Assembly (NCBI RefSeq): GCF_009914755.1
Contig: NC_060930.1
DNA from: the human T2T-CHM13v2.0 reference genome, Homo sapiens
DNA: 64,000 nucleotides
Strand: one strand, 5' to 3'
Position numbers and translations under genes: made by a program. The first letter of the stretch is position 1. The number at the start of each line of letters is the position of its first letter. The notes under the pieces are model-generated. The model did no database searches and was not told where the DNA came from. It worked only from the letters and a program-made list of their open reading frames with translations. Shown here piece after piece: positions 30,781-46,299 of the stretch.

Positions 30781-32464
30781 AAGGTGAGAGGGGCAGCAGG
30801 GAGAGACCTATTGGAAGACTTTTGCGGAAGTCTTACCATTTGGAGAAAAATGAACAGGAGGATTTAAGATTTGTAGTTTATAGTTAGTATTTGAGTAGGT
30901 TCCAGTTTTTGAAAAAACAAGGGGGGGAAATGTATAAGGACGACTGATGGCTCAGCACTTGGTTCCAATGTGTGGGTTGTGAAGGAATGGATTCCCTGCT
31001 GCTCCTTTGGGAGCAATGTGCTCCTCTCCCCTTCTAGGAGAGAACTCTAAAGGTGTTGTTCTCAATAGTATATGCTCACACCATAATAGTTTGTGCTTTA
31101 CATTTAAAAGTACCTCAAGGTTAGTGATATAACTGGAGGCTCACTGAGGCTGAGGATTGCTGGCATTTCAGATGATGGGTGGTGAGGGGCGGGGGTGTTT
31201 GGAAGAAGCCCCTCTGGCCCTTCCACCATCCTCCTACAGGGTGCTGACAAGACTCCTGGAGATGTACGGGAGGCCTCATGGTACTAAGAACCACAGCTAA
31301 AAACCATGGCAGAGCAGGGGGCTTGGCGCATCAACAAGGAAGCATCCTCTGGGCAGCAAATGAGCTGGTGGGAAAAGAGACGCTCTGCAGTCCTGACACC
31401 CAGCAGGGAGGAGCAGGGAGGAGCAGGGAGGAGCAAGGAGGATCAGGGCCTGCTGACTACATTTGGGTCCTGAGGAGAAAGGTCAGGAGCTACTGCCCAG
31501 GGTGTCAGGGAAGACAGAATAGATTCAATGCAGGAAATCAGTAGCCCTTTGGTCCCCCCTTTTCCCCCCTGGGGTTCCACCACATACCACTGGGTCATAA
31601 ATGACAAGGTGCAATTACAGCAAAGTGCTAAAGTTACAAGTTTGTTCTAAACACTCTTCAACAAAGAATATTCAGTGAAAAGGAACCCCAGGGAGTTATA
31701 AACCTTTTTTGCTGTGTAGAAACCATAAGGTTTCCATCCAAGAATGTGTTGTTTGTTTGAGGCTGGCCTTTATTCTTTCAGACGGGTGCCAGTGGCATGC
31801 ATCTCAAATGAGCAGTTGTCTGTGGCCCCAGAGTCTGTGGCTGAGGCATATCTAATCAGGTTAAGCGGCCGTTCATCCCAGCTGTCAGCTCTCTGGAAAT
31901 CAGAACATTATCTGCAACCACACACAATTCAAATAAGAGGCTGGCGTTCAGAGGCCTGAATCTCCAACTTCCCCCCAACCTTGCTGTGATGGTCCCTGGT
32001 TTTCTCTTTTCCTACGTGACTATATACAATAGTAGCAAAGCTATTTTAGGGATTAAAACAGCTAATTGCAGATTTCCATCATGGCCAGCCACTCAGAACA
32101 CAGGTTTGAAGAGCGAGCTGTGGTCTTTGCCTCTGGGGATGGTTTTGGCTCCTTTGCCTGTGAAGTCCACATCGCTGGTCCTTAAAGTTGTTAACGGGGG
32201 CTCTTCCATGTGGCCCATGTGGTTCTGGGCTTGAGGAATTTGGTGGAACTTAGTGAGAAATAGTGTGTGATGGTCTCTTGGCTCTAGAAGTGTGGCTAGA
32301 AGGGCCTTTAAACATCATCTACTCTGCCTGCTTTACTGGATCAAGAAATCAGGCTCAAAAAGACTCACCACTCTTGAAGTGGCATGAGGCTCCATGTGTC
32401 CTGACTGTCTTTCTGGTGTGCTCTCTTATGAGATGCCTGAACAACTTGATCCTGTTGCTTAACA

Positions 32465-32690
32465 GCATAAGGGAGGCAGTAAAACAGGACTAAAGTCAGG
32501 TTTAAATCCAGGTTCCCACATACATAGTGGTATGATTGTGGGTGAATTATTTAACCTGGCTGAGCTATAGTTGCTTTATCTATAAAATGGCAGTAATAAT
32601 ACCTGCCTATCAGGTTGACCAAGTATTTACACAAGATCATGACTTAAAGCTTTCAGCACAATACCTGACATTTAGTAAATGGCCTCTTGA
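32465..32690 (+). mobile_element. MIR
   Basis: ggtttaaatcc...tctataaaatggcagtaataatacctgcct...aaagctttcagcacaatacctgaca. Confidence 0.75.
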
Positions 32691-32704
32691 CAGTGTTTGG
32701 TGTA

Positions 32705-33076
32705 TGTCTTGGTCTGTTCAGGTTGCTATAACAAAATATCATAAATTGGGTAGCTTATAAGTAATGGAAATTTATTGCTCACAGTTCTGGAGGCTGGAAC
32801 GTCCAAGATCAAGTCAGCAGCAGATCTGGTGTCTGGTGAGGGCCCCCTTCCTGGTTCATAGTCAGTGCCTTCTCTCTGTGTCCTCCTCACATGGTGGGAG
32901 AGGAGAAGGAGCTCTCCAGGCCCTCTCTTATAAAAGTGCTAATCCCATTCACAAAGACTCTGCCTTCATTACCTAATGACCTCCCAAAGGCCCCACCTGC
33001 TAACACCATCACTTTGGGGGTTAGGATTTCAACATATTAATTTTGATGGGGGTGCATAAACACTCAGCCCACTGCA
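32705..33076 (-). mobile_element. MLT1A0-like solo LTR
   Basis: tgtcttggtctgttcaggttgctataacaaa...acctcccaaaggccccacct...gggggttaggatttcaaca. Confidence 0.9.
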
Positions 33077-36000
33077 GTGTCCCTGTTACTATTGTAATGA
33101 TGATATGTGGATCCTTTTGCTGAGAGCTACTCTACAGATTCTCCACCTAGGAGATGCATTGGACGTTGATTTTCATGCAGCAGCTCCCTCCAGCTACCTA
33201 AATGCCTCCTGTCATTTCTGAGAGGTAATCTCCACAGGGCCAGTGGGACCTAATCCTGGGAAGGCTGGGGACATAGAGGGAGCAGAGACATTCAGGAGGA
33301 AAATACATTATTTTATCCCCAAGAATTAAATATCCTCCTGCAATGAAAATAAAGCCTTCCAATTGTGGTCCTCCTCTTTCTTTAGAATAGATTGGATGTG
33401 CAGGATAACATGCTCACTCACCACTCAATGTCCTTGGCCTCTCCAGAGAAAGCTGTTTGTGTATCTCCACCACTGGCCCAGAGGACACGCTGCATGAGGC
33501 AGCCCACAGTTGCCAGGTAGGGTTTCCCTCCTTCAGGGGAAAGTGTGGTTCTCACAAGAGAGGAAAGGATGGTTCCTGCTTTGCTCATTGCCATCCCAGC
33601 TCAGAAGGCAGTATCTTGAATTAATTTCAGAAGAGAAAGTTTCCAGTTTGGGGACAATGATAGACACTTTGCAGGAGAAGGGGGTCTTTACTGGGGATAT
33701 TCTTTTGGTGAGATAATTTGACTAGAAATAGAGAACGGAGCCTTGAAGATGGGAAAGAAAGAAAACAAGCATTTGGGCAGTGAGCTGGACTTGAGGAGAA
33801 CCGGGAGATGAGCCTGAGGAGCCTGGGCATTTGGGCAAAGGCTGGGTGAGGGGCTCTGCCCGTGGCCTCACTTCACACAGAGCTTCTCCCCAGCTCTGGA
33901 AAGCCTTGGAAAGCTCTACCTGGTGTGCGCTCCTCGGAGTTTTTCCAATTGCCATGTGGAACTGCCAACATTTTCCACATTAAGAACAAATCAAAAGAGA
34001 TTTTTCACTAAGCGTGAGTTAGTGGATGGGAATGAGAGCAAATCAAATTCATGCAAAAATAGAGGAAATTAATTTTTAAAAAGCCCAACCAAACACCCTG
34101 TAATTTTCAGTGATTTCCTTTCAGGGAAACTGTGACCACTGTCACTATAAACAAAGCAGAGAATAAATAAATAAAAAGGGAAAGAAAGTTGTGTTTTTTC
34201 TACTTGCCTCCCTGATGGATGGTTTATAGAGGCCTCGGGATAAAAGTCAGCCTCTAATCGTTCCCAGATGGCGCCTGCCTCTGCCCCTGCTTCAGCGTTT
34301 CCCCACGTGCCTCCGCCTGGCCTGCCAGACACACCGATGGTGACAGGAGCCGGACTCTCGCCTCCTTGGCTGTGGCCACAGCCCAGATGCAAAGGGGCAG
34401 CAGAAGGTTGGGGCCACTGGAGGGAGGGGTAGATGGCCACAACAGACCCATCAGCTCCATGGAAATGAGCCACCCAAGCCAGCACCCTCTCTGTTCAGGG
34501 CATGGCTGGGCCGTGGGGGCCACCAAGGAGCCTATGTGTTTCCTTCCTCCTTGGAACCCTTCCTCAAGTGTGCTCACTGCCATGCTCCTGGGCTCTGCTG
34601 AGTTCCACCTCTGAGGGAGGGGGGCCTAACCCAGGAGAAGGATTCTGCCCTTCTGATGCACTGCTTATATTGGAGTATCTGGACCAAATCTTATAAGCAA
34701 TCCAAAACCTTTCTGAAATGAGGCAGGGTGTCCATCAGAATGAAAGTCACCATCTTATATCATCTTTGCTCCTGGGCTATTGAGGCTGGGGGTCCCCAGG
34801 GACTGCCCTCAGTTGGCATAGCTGTCCCATCTACCAGGAGTCTCCACAGCCCATGTTGCCACCCCCAAGGCCTCTGCTGCTTGTCTGCCTCCACAAACCT
34901 CAGGAGGCTGCACTGGCAGAGCACATGACTGCACTGATCACTTGGGAAGCATCTTCTGTCTCCTTTCCTTCTCCCCGCCCCACCTTTTCAGAATGAAACC
35001 TGAGATGCCACATGAGTAAGTCCCCACTTGATCCCTCAATAACTGGGATTTAGCAGAAATGAGGGTTGGACGTGTAGCCAGATTTTGAGCCACTGTTCTC
35101 ACCGTCTTGGCTTCTCTATTGACTATTTTAGGAATTCAGGTGCTTTTACGGGACGAGATGTTCTTTTTGTACACGAGAAGACATAAGCCTTTCTCTATGA
35201 AGAACTTGAAAATAACTTTTTAGCTATCGAATATCTCTTGCAAAACAAATATCATGATGAGTTGGGGTAAATGAATCAGAAACAGATGGATAAAATTTCT
35301 CTGAAATACACAGATTTTCAACCTAGAGGGAAGGGCAGAGGCAAAAAGCATTTGGGGTTTCCATGAGCCCAAAATACAAGGAAAAGGGCACGAGGCACTT
35401 GACTGATCCAACCAGCTCATGTGGGAGCACCCAGTCCAGCGTCAACAGAAATGTCTGTGCAGCCTCCAAGAGGCACAGTTATCAAGAACATGGAGCTGCT
35501 ATCAAGTTTCTAAAACATGGCTTCTGAAAATAAGCTGTTCTAATTTACAGTATACCTTCCCTAAACCACTCCCCTGGAGCACTTCCATGGAAGATGAAAA
35601 TTATTTTGGAGGTAACCAGTTGCTGGGTTTGCCATCCATTCTGCAACAGTTAGATGTGTGCATAGAGGCCCTGACTGGTGGGGTGGGAGTGTGCTGGATG
35701 GTGGAAGCGGACACATCAGTGGTTTCTGCAAGAATGGGAAAATAGTATATTTTGTGACAAAGTTGCTCCAGGGTAGGCAGATTGCTCTCAAATCGGTTAC
35801 AGATTTCCCTGAAATATGCAGGGACTTCCATACAGAAGAAAGGGAATTTGGAGCTGAAATGCATTTGGAGTTTTGTTAAGCTCAAAACACAGGAACAGAG
35901 TCAGAGATAATGGCTGGTCCCAGCAGTGGCCTCTTGGCCAGTCCTCATCTTTCCAGCACACCTGCTGCCTGTGCTAGCTGCACATCTGTAGGCTTTGCAG

Positions 36001-36379
36001 AGTTCTCAAGGGGAGTTGCTGCCTCCGTGGTTCTCCAGTCGGTGCTGTGGTATTAGTCTATCCTCCAAAGCTGAATGGAGTCTATCACCACCATGCAGCT
36101 ATCTTTGTTGTTCAAAGGAGTTGTTCCTGTTGAGACATAATATTCTGAAAATGATACCAAAAGGAAAAATGATTGGGGATCTTCAGAATTTGTCCTAAAT
36201 TTAATGTTCTATGGAATTTTTTTTAGACATTCCATCACAGGCCCAACTGTGGTCCTTCCTAGAAAATCAAAAGCATTATAAAATCTGCTAATTCATACTT
36301 AGCACGTCTAAAGTGGGATTCTTTGTTTCTGTTACTGCCTTAGTATTCCCATGTCAGGCAGGGGCAGTGGAGTCTACTC

Positions 36380-36990
36380 AAGTTGGAAATCTCAGATTCC
36401 GCCTCAATCACTCCCTCTTGCTCATTCTTTAGATTCAGTACACAAGGAAATCCTAGAAGTATGACTCCCAGGCCCAAAAATATGTCTTGAATCTATACAC
36501 TGCCATCGACTCCTCCAGGCACCAGCATCTTCTGGCTGGACAACCTCAGTCACCTCCCAGGTAGCCTCCATCATCTCTACTCACTGCTCTTCCTGCCTTT
36601 CCACCAGTGCCTCCTCCAGACAGCTGTCCCAGAGACCATGTCACTTCTCAAAGCATAATTCAGATCATGTCATTTCTCTGCATAAAAATATACAGTGGCT
36701 TTCCATTGTAGTTAGAATTAAATCCAAACATCTCACTGTGACCTGCAAGGCCTTGCTTGATCCAATCCTCACTTCCCTTAACTCTCTCCCCATTCCCACT
36801 CTGCACCCCATTCTGTCTTCCCTGGGCTACAGATACCTGCCCCCCAACCAACCCTGACAACTCCCAGACACTCACACCCATCTCAAGCCCTTTACACATG
36901 CATAGCACTGAGATCTCACTCGGAAGCTCTTTTTATCACGGGTTCCTTCTCATTCTTTGAGTCTCAGCTTGAAGGTCTCCTCTTATTTGT
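36380..36990 (+). mobile_element. L2 fragment
   Basis: cagatcatgtcatttctctgcataaaa...gtggctttccattg...aaatccaaacatctc, typical of the L2 3' region. Confidence 0.7.
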
Positions 36991-37023
36991 TCATAGATTA
37001 TAATAACAATCTCAAAGCCCTAA

Positions 37024-37397
<374 letters not shown>

Positions 37398-38445
37398 CTG
37401 GCTGCAGATCTTAATGTCTGTTGAGTCTTTGACACTTGTTAGCATAAGAAGGCACATTTGCATACATGTAAGGGTATATACAACACACATATTAACATGC
37501 ATTCACCTGACATTGGCATGGAGTATACTGGTGAGGAGGGTGATGATGGTAGCAGAGCTGGGAGACCTATAAGCAAATTCCCACAATAAAAAAAAGCAAT
37601 TGTAATCTTGGATCCTCCCAGCCTAGGAAACCCCACGAAGGTTCTGTGAGGGAGGGTCTCTCTCCTCTTCCCTGGCAGTGAAAGATGAGGATCCTAGAAT
37701 GGCTGCTGGGTCTGTGCTGAGTGAGTTGGTAAGGAGGAGCATTCCATTGCATCGGGGGCAGGACAATGATATCTAATTTTTACCAACACACGGGAGCATG
37801 AAAGGGTAGAAAGAGAGTAGGAGGAAGGCCTGATTTAGGACAGACAGGAGAGACAGAACAATACATGCTCTCTTGTAAACTTTAAACATTACAGAAAATT
37901 AAGATCTAGGGGAACAAATCTCTAAGGATGCCCTTATCCAAAGACAACTATTGCTATGATTTTGATGAGTTTATTTCCGCCTTTCCTTTATGTGATTTTT
38001 TTTTTAGTGTTACCAAGCAGCCATGATATTGTACATACAACTTTCTGTCCTGTTTTTTCCACGTAACCTTGTAACCTAAGCATTTTCAGATTATTACTTA
38101 GCCACTGAGAATATTATTAAGGGCATGGACATACTCAATATTCAGTTTATCTTTCCCCTATGTATGGGAATTTGCTTTATCTTGAACAGTTAATTTTATA
38201 CATAAAGTGGTAGTTAACATTTTTTATGAAAGATTTAGGACAACTTTCTCAGGATAGATTAGATGGACTCTTTAAGTTAAGCTAGTAATTTTAATCTGTG
38301 ACTTCAAATTACATTTATTTAGTTCACCATAGTCAGTAATCACTTTTACATCTCTACTTTCTCTCTTCATCTTTTGTTTTCCCTTTAGATTCTTTCTGAG
38401 GTATCTTCCAAATGTTTGCAGGTCTCACCAATGTCTATGTAGGTG

Positions 38446-38860
38446 TGTGGCAGAGACTGATGACTGCTCAGGAAAACCCGTTCTCCCCTTCTTCCATGCA
38501 CACAACTAGATCCACTTCCCAGCTTTCCTTGCCATTGGGCATGTCATGTCATTGACTTTGGCCATTGGAATGTAAAAGGAGGTGAGGTGCTCCACTTTCA
38601 GACTGAGCCAGAAAGTCTCCCACTTATGATCCTCTGTAGTTTTCTCCTTCTATCAACTGGGTGCATGATACCATAGAGAATGACAGAGCCATGAGATAGA
38701 AGGAAACTGGATCCCTGAATGACATGGAAGAGCATCACCCTACCTTTCTTGACAACTGTACAGAACTATTACATGAGCAAGAGATAAACTTGTATTGTGT
38801 TGACATATTACAGCTTGGGACTATTTGTTACAACAGTTTAGCCCACATGCACAAATGCAG
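38446..38860 (+). mobile_element. Old MLT1 LTR
   Basis: tgtggcagagactg...ttggccattggaatgt...gagcaagagataaacttgtattgtgtt...tttgttaca. Confidence 0.75.
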
Positions 38861-38953
38861 AGTGCAAATAAAACTGCACTAACATCAGTCCCAAGCTTTG
38901 GATGGCTCTAAGCCCCTATCAGTATGAGTGTAGGATTTTGTCTCCTCACCCAG

Positions 38954-39039
38954 GTATTCCTGGAGGTCCTGGGCACAGAAACAGTTCTCCTCATCCTCAT
39001 CCATCTGCCTCACCATGGAATCCTGTTTCCTTCTCCAAG
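38954..39039 (+). other. Candidate 86-nt exon
   Basis: Polypyrimidine acceptor ttttgtctcctcacccag| and consensus donor caag|gtgagt. Motif evidence only. Confidence 0.3.
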
Positions 39040-39847
39040 GTGAGTAAAGCACAGGTGTTTTCAATCTCCTAGGATGTGGCTTTGGAATAGACAGCCAGAG
39101 ACATGCTTTGAGTTCCTCAGGGATAGGTACTATCAGAGTCTCTACCTGGCTGAAGGGTTCAGGAACCTCTCCTGAGCTGTCCCCTGTGAAGGGATCTCTG
39201 GACCTGCATAGGACTCAGAAGCAAGGCAGATCTGACTGGCATTGCCCAAGGCAAAGGCAAGGATAACCAAACCACAGTCCTTCTGAAGCCTCTTTCCCAA
39301 GAGGCAGGGTGGTGGGCAGCCAGAAACAGGGTGGGGGTGAGGGGTAGATGGAGCAGAGGTGAGGCAACACACCCTGGTGAGTCCCAAGTGCTCCAGAGTG
39401 GGCCCTGTGTCCTTGCTCATGGGAGCTAATGGGTCTCCCAAGGGTGCCAAATCCATTTAAACATGTGCCACAAAATGATAAGGTGCTATTTCCTGAACTG
39501 CCTAATTTAAAAGCCCCCACATCAGTGACTTGGTAATAAAAATACCGTTTCATTTTCCATATATGATGAAAGCTTCCCAAGTGCCAGTGTTTCCACTAAG
39601 GAACCTCTTGCTCCATCATGGTCCCACTCATTCAGTTTCACAGTCTGTCTCTGTCACAAGGTACAGTGTGGACATCGAATCCCAGCTCCAGTGGCTCTAC
39701 TAGACAAGGGCTAGTTTCTGACATCTCTGTGCCCTAGTTTCCCCCTCTGGAAGATGGGGACAAAGGTGGAAACTGTCGCAGAGGCATCAAAAAGATTGAA
39801 TGAATAAAAAAGCATGAAAAATCACATAACTACCTGGAAGATAGCTA

Positions 39848-40046
39848 CAGGTTGAATATCCCTTATCCAAAATGCTTGGGAACCAGAACTATTTCTGATT
39901 TCATACTTTTTCATATTTTGGAATATTTGCATAGACCTGAAATGCTCCAGCGAGCATTTCCTTTGAGCATTATGTCAGCACTCAAAAAGTTTCAGATTTT
40001 GGAGCATTTCAGATTCCAGATTTTCCTATTTGGGAGGCTCAATCTG
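39848..40046. mobile_element. Tigger4a/MER46A-like MITE
   Basis: TA-caggttgaatatccc ... gggaggctcaatctg-TA, giving TIRs and a TA TSD. Confidence 0.88.
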
Positions 40047-42259
40047 TATGATTACAAGAAACAGGCTTCTCTGGCTGAATTCTACAACTTAGACACAGAC
40101 TGTGACCTTATATTTACCAGACACTTGAACCAAATAAAATAGCTATCCAATTTGGAGAACACTTTTATGTTTTGTTTTTGTTCCAGTTCAAGTTTTTATT
40201 TTCATTTAAAAATTTTTAAACAGGTTCAATTATTTTTTTCCAAGTAGGTTTGCTGGGCTTTTAGAAAATCTTTGGTTTGGTTAATGGCAAAATTTGAAAA
40301 ATATCATTTGGGTTTGGTTTGGCTTTCAGTTGAAGAGAGTAGTTTGGGCTGGTCTGGGGTTCAGTTCAAAGCCTGCCCATGAGAATTTGATTCTTTTTTT
40401 CAAAAAGAATGTCTACGGTGTGCAGGGCACGAGAGAACAGCAACACCCTAGATGTCAGTGCAGCTGCAAATATTAAAAGTTGCTAAGCTTTAGGCTCTGT
40501 ATCAAAAAGTTACTTGAAAACTATGGCCTGCAAGCATCTTGCAATATAATAATATTAGAGGTCTCAGAACCACATATCTCACATTGTAGGGCAATGACAT
40601 AAAGTTTTTGTTATTGTTCGGTTTTGGCTTTTTTTTATGTAGCATAAGAGTTTCACACACACACACACACAAAAGCCCATAGGCACTCAGAAGAGCCTGC
40701 AGCAGAACCAGGTCTCATCCTGAAAGTTCAGCGTATATTTGTTCTAAATTCATGTCCATTGATGAATTTTAACTTTCTGCCTCACACTATTTCAGAACCA
40801 CTGAATTTGTAGAAAATGTTGGAGTCACCCACCAAAACATTACTTTTAGATTTATTTCCCCCAACTACTTTGAACCAGAGAGGTTAAGCAAATTTCCAAG
40901 TCATGTAATGACACATGAGGACACCAGAAACATCCCAGGACTCCTAACATCTCATGTCCTGCGCTAACCTCCAGTATTTCCTCATCTTCAGGAGGGTGGA
41001 TATGTTACTTAATGGTATCCCCTAATTCCCTGGTAAGTCCATGGTGATCTGACATGCAAGTGAACAGGCTGTTTTTTCACTTTCTTTTTTGGCATCTCAA
41101 ATACTGAATAGAGAATTAGGTCCATAACACTGAAGAACAATCAGTAAGTAAATGTGCTATGATTTTATTTATTTATCCTAGTTCCCCAGGCCACTCCAGC
41201 AAATCAGCACAGATTAAGTCCCCATGAATGATAAGAATCCACAGTTCGCTGGATCTCACATCCATGTGCTTAGGGAGGACCTTGGCCCCTGCCAGATCTC
41301 CTCTGTTTTCCTTCAGCCTTCTAGCTCCTTGGTCCCAGAAATGAATCCATGGGGATTTCAGAGGGGACACAACAGAATGACAGATTTCAAGCTCAAGCTC
41401 TATTCTGAACTGTGGCTACTTACTGATCCCTATGGGTGTTTTTTTGTTTTGTTTTTTTTTGTTTTTAACTTGCTCAAGTTGGCCCCATCTGGCTGCCTCC
41501 CCTCTTGGGCTGCATTCTCCTAGCCGCCCCATTTCCTCAGTCACATATGCCTCTGGTGACCCTCCCCATGAGCTCCCCAGACACACTCAGATAAGTCCTA
41601 ATTCCAATTTAGGCCTCCTCTGTTTTTCTTAGGGTATATAATGCCTGTGGGTAGATGAAAATATCAGGAACTCAGGGCTTGAGCTATCTTATAAAGATAT
41701 TTAAATATCAACACATGAAATAAGTAATGAGTCACATTAAATAATAAGAAATGAGCAATGAGAAATCACATTGTAAATTACAATGTGCTCTGCAGATAAC
41801 AGACTGATTTGCCAAAAATCAGCCTGCCACCTCATCTGCCTGCTGGCGTTTCCCATTTCACTATATCCCTTATTAGGGGTGGGGTCAGGGGGATATGAGG
41901 TCCATTCCTGCCTCTAATTGGGTTGAATTTACCTGATCAAAACCATGTTTCTAGTAACTATTTACCAACTCACACTTCATGAAATGGTTTCCACAGCCTT
42001 TGGGGGTTTTCCTTATTTTCAGTTCTAGTTTTGCTGAGGTTTTCTAAAGCCAATCCCTGAAGCTGGCTTGTGGGAGGGAGCTCCAGAGACCCTATCTTTT
42101 GGAGCAACAGTGGTGTCCTCCCTTTCCCCACAACTTGCTCCACAATTCCCCTGAGTCCTGCCCTCATAAACACCTGGGAGCAAGCCCTTGACACCCCACT
42201 TCTTCACATAAAACCTGCCAGTTTGGGATGCAATTGTCATTTCTGGCAAATTGTCCAGG

Positions 42260-42643
42260 GGTAAGACTAGATTGTCTGCAAATACAGCCAATAACATTCT
42301 TCCCATCCCTTATGGGCATCAAGAAGTCCATTCTCCCTCCCCCTTGAATCTGGGCTGACTTTGTGGAATGTGACCTTCTGGGACTTCTGAGCCCAGGCTT
42401 TAAGAGGTCTGGTAGCTTCGGTTATCTTGGAGCTCTGAGCTACCCCTTGTAAGTCAGGCTACTCTGCTAGAGACAAAGGTCCTACCAGCTCTCAGCTGTT
42501 GCTGCTGCGAGGGCCAGGCATATTGATTTATTCAGCCTCAGTCCAGCCTCCAGCCTGTAGAATCATGAGCAAATAAATGGTTCTTGTTTTAAGCCACTAG
42601 GTTTTGGGGTGGCTTTGTTATGCAGCAATAGATAATTGATACA
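42260..42643 (+). mobile_element. MLT1 LTR (MLT1E/F-like)
   Basis: ccccttgaatctgggct...tttaagccactaggttttgggg...gcagcaatagataattgataca. Confidence 0.8.
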
Positions 42644-43483
42644 CCATCTGTAGCAGGTTGATTACTCTGGCAGCTTGCATATGATTAACTCGAAACTTAC
42701 TGGGGAAATGTGAGCAAATTTGCATAAGGAACTCAGGAGTCTTCTGGGAGAAACCAGAATTCTCTCCTCCGAGATTCCATATTGTGAACATTAGTCAGGA
42801 TAAATCCAAAGCCCAGGCTATCATCTAGGGACATGAGTGTACAATAAATCTCCTGAAATAAAACCAGTGGAGTGGCAGTGATCAGTGCTTAGGACCCACA
42901 TTAATGACCACCGTGATTCCTGTACTAAGGCAGTGGCCACAGGCAGAGGGACTCTCTAATTCCCTACCTAGCTCGGTTCTGTTAAGAAGAGCCAGATGGA
43001 TATATTGGAGTTTCCTTGACATATGAAGAAGGGGAGGTGAAGGCAGAAGCAGGGTTGATAAAGAGACTCAGTATACTGGGACCTCAAACACTGCCCTTTG
43101 AGACAGTACTCGGGTGTTATATTTCGACTCCTAAACTGTAAAGTCAGACATCCCAGCTGTGTTACTGTTACAATTTTCAGTTTAATTTTCTTTTAAAAAG
43201 TAGGTACTCAATCTTGAGCAGGAAAACATTTTTGAAAAACAGTAACAAAAATTGTAAAGAAATATCCTGTTCACAAGCAGTGTCACTCTGCCTTTCCAAA
43301 TGCATACTGTGTATAGCAGAAAACAAAGAAATAATTTTTAGCCTATGAGGAAAATTGTTCTTAATATCCCCATACCTAGTGTATGAAAAGAAGCCTCTGC
43401 CCTCATTGAATATATGAATGGTTAACATCTTGATTCTCTTTAAAAACAAAGCACCCGAAAGAAAACTGATTTTGGATTTTTCT

Positions 43484-43485
<2 letters not shown>

Positions 43486-43520
<35 letters not shown>
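43486..43520. repeat. (TG)n microsatellite
   Basis: Perfect TG run. Confidence 0.96.
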
Positions 43521-43522
<2 letters not shown>

Positions 43523-44494
43523 TTTCCAAAAATCAACAAATCAGAACACAACTCCACCTCACTGAACTTGAACTCCAAACATGTGCTTAAGGAAGACAGG
43601 GCGGACAGCCTAGGGACTTGAAGGTCCCATTAGCAGTCATCCACACCCATTACCTTGTCTCACTGGATTTCCTTTTATGCCACTGTTCCAACACTCTGCA
43701 AAATGAACTGACAGACAGATTCTGAAATTTGCATGCAGATCCTTCTTGATAGTAAAAATGCTTCAAGATGTGGCTGGGAGAACTAAGTGGCTGACTTCTG
43801 AGGCTTTGAAAGGCACTCCTGGTCTCAGCCTCATTTCTCACAGTGGAGTGGTACCTGTAGTTGGCCCTCCCAACAGCAGTGACCCCTCAACTCCTCTGCA
43901 CTGGAGGAGTCTTAAAAGGGACCATGTGACCTGGGAAGTTGACTTTCTCCAGAGCACTTGAAGGTCAAGGTTCAGAGAAGTGGGGATGCGCAGTGAGGGG
44001 CTGTAGAAGGCAGAATGTGTGGACACAGTGGGTTTGCAAATCCTCTTCAGTGACTCGCATCATGGCTGGAGCTAATCCAATGACTACAGGGGGAAACAGG
44101 GTAAAGGACAGGACATTTACTCATGGTCATTCTGCCATCTCACGGCTGCAGAATGTCACGGAAGGAAGTCAGCCTGCAGTCACCCCACTTCCCTACCTAC
44201 AAATCTGTCAGGGCTTTTCCTTTAGCTTTTCCTCTGGAGCTGTCTCTCTAGCAGAGTTTCTTAATCTGAGGTTAAATTTTCAGGGGTTCTCTGAATTTGA
44301 AGGAGAAAAGAAAAACTTTATTTTTATTCCCCTAAAGTTGAAATGTAGCATTCCTTTCAAATGCAGTCTTTTTCACTGGCAATCACAGATATTTTCATAT
44401 TATAGTTACAAATATCAAGAAATATTTTTTATATTACGGTCCCACCACAAGAGCTTGTTATTTAAGGTCTTAATGAAGCATATATAAAATTTTA

Positions 44495-45460
<966 letters not shown>

Positions 45461-45999
45461 AAAAAACTGTATCACAAATTCAATTCAAAAAATATTGTTA
45501 ATTATATTTTGATATGGCTTGTTTCCTTTATAATCTCAAGTGTTTTATTTTATGCATTTAAAACATTATTCTGGGGAGGAGTCCCTGGACTTCTTCAGGC
45601 AGCGAGAAGGGTCTGCAGCACACATACTTGAGATCCTCTGGTCCAAGGCTCTGCTCTTCAAACTGCCTGGAGACACAGAATTGGTGCCTGAATAAACAAG
45701 AATGGTCCCTGGAAAATCTGTTTTATTCAAGTGTTACACCTTTTGAACATATTTAAGAAGACCCGGATGTATCATGGAGTAGAAAGCAAACTTTACGTGA
45801 ACTCTCAGGATAAAAATGTTAAATGCATTTTGTGCGTGTGGCTGTTTGGATATACCTCCAAAACCTCAGGGGCTTACAGTCTTCTCTGTGTTAAGGATTA
45901 GGTATGTTCCCTGAAAATCTGAGATGTCAGTTTCCTCTTTAGCCTCATGGCCCTTCAAATTAGGAAGGCTGCGTGAGGTGGCTGAAAGAGGAAAAGTTT

Positions 46000-46150
46000 T
46001 CGCAGAAGAAAAACCTGGGTTCAAATCTGAGCTCTACTAGTTATAGCTGTGTGGCTGTGGGTCAGTTCCCTACCTGCCCAGGGCCTCCGTTTCCCCATCT
46101 GTAAAATAGAGATAGATGGCAGTATCTACCTCATAAAGTATACAAAACTT
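46000..46150 (+). mobile_element. MIR fragment
   Basis: cctgggttcaaatc...gtttccccatctgtaaaatag. Confidence 0.75.
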
Positions 46151-46299
46151 CTAGTCCCTAGAAGGGGCCCAACACAACTTAGCTTCAAAACAGGAAAACC
46201 AAGCTCTTTCTTGTCTGTGGATAGCTGTATCCAGGGCTGTCATGGCCTGGGTACCAATTTTTGTTTCAGCTCCTCCACCTTACTCCAGTGAGATGGGAT

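Noticed and set aside
34960-35021. Possible 24-nt microexon (ttttcag|...tga|gtaagt)
   Set aside because: Motif-only evidence with no host gene; such matches are common by chance.
43939-44487. 182-aa ORF
   Set aside because: Non-ATG start, runs into a Charlie transposon fossil, and has no recognisable domain.
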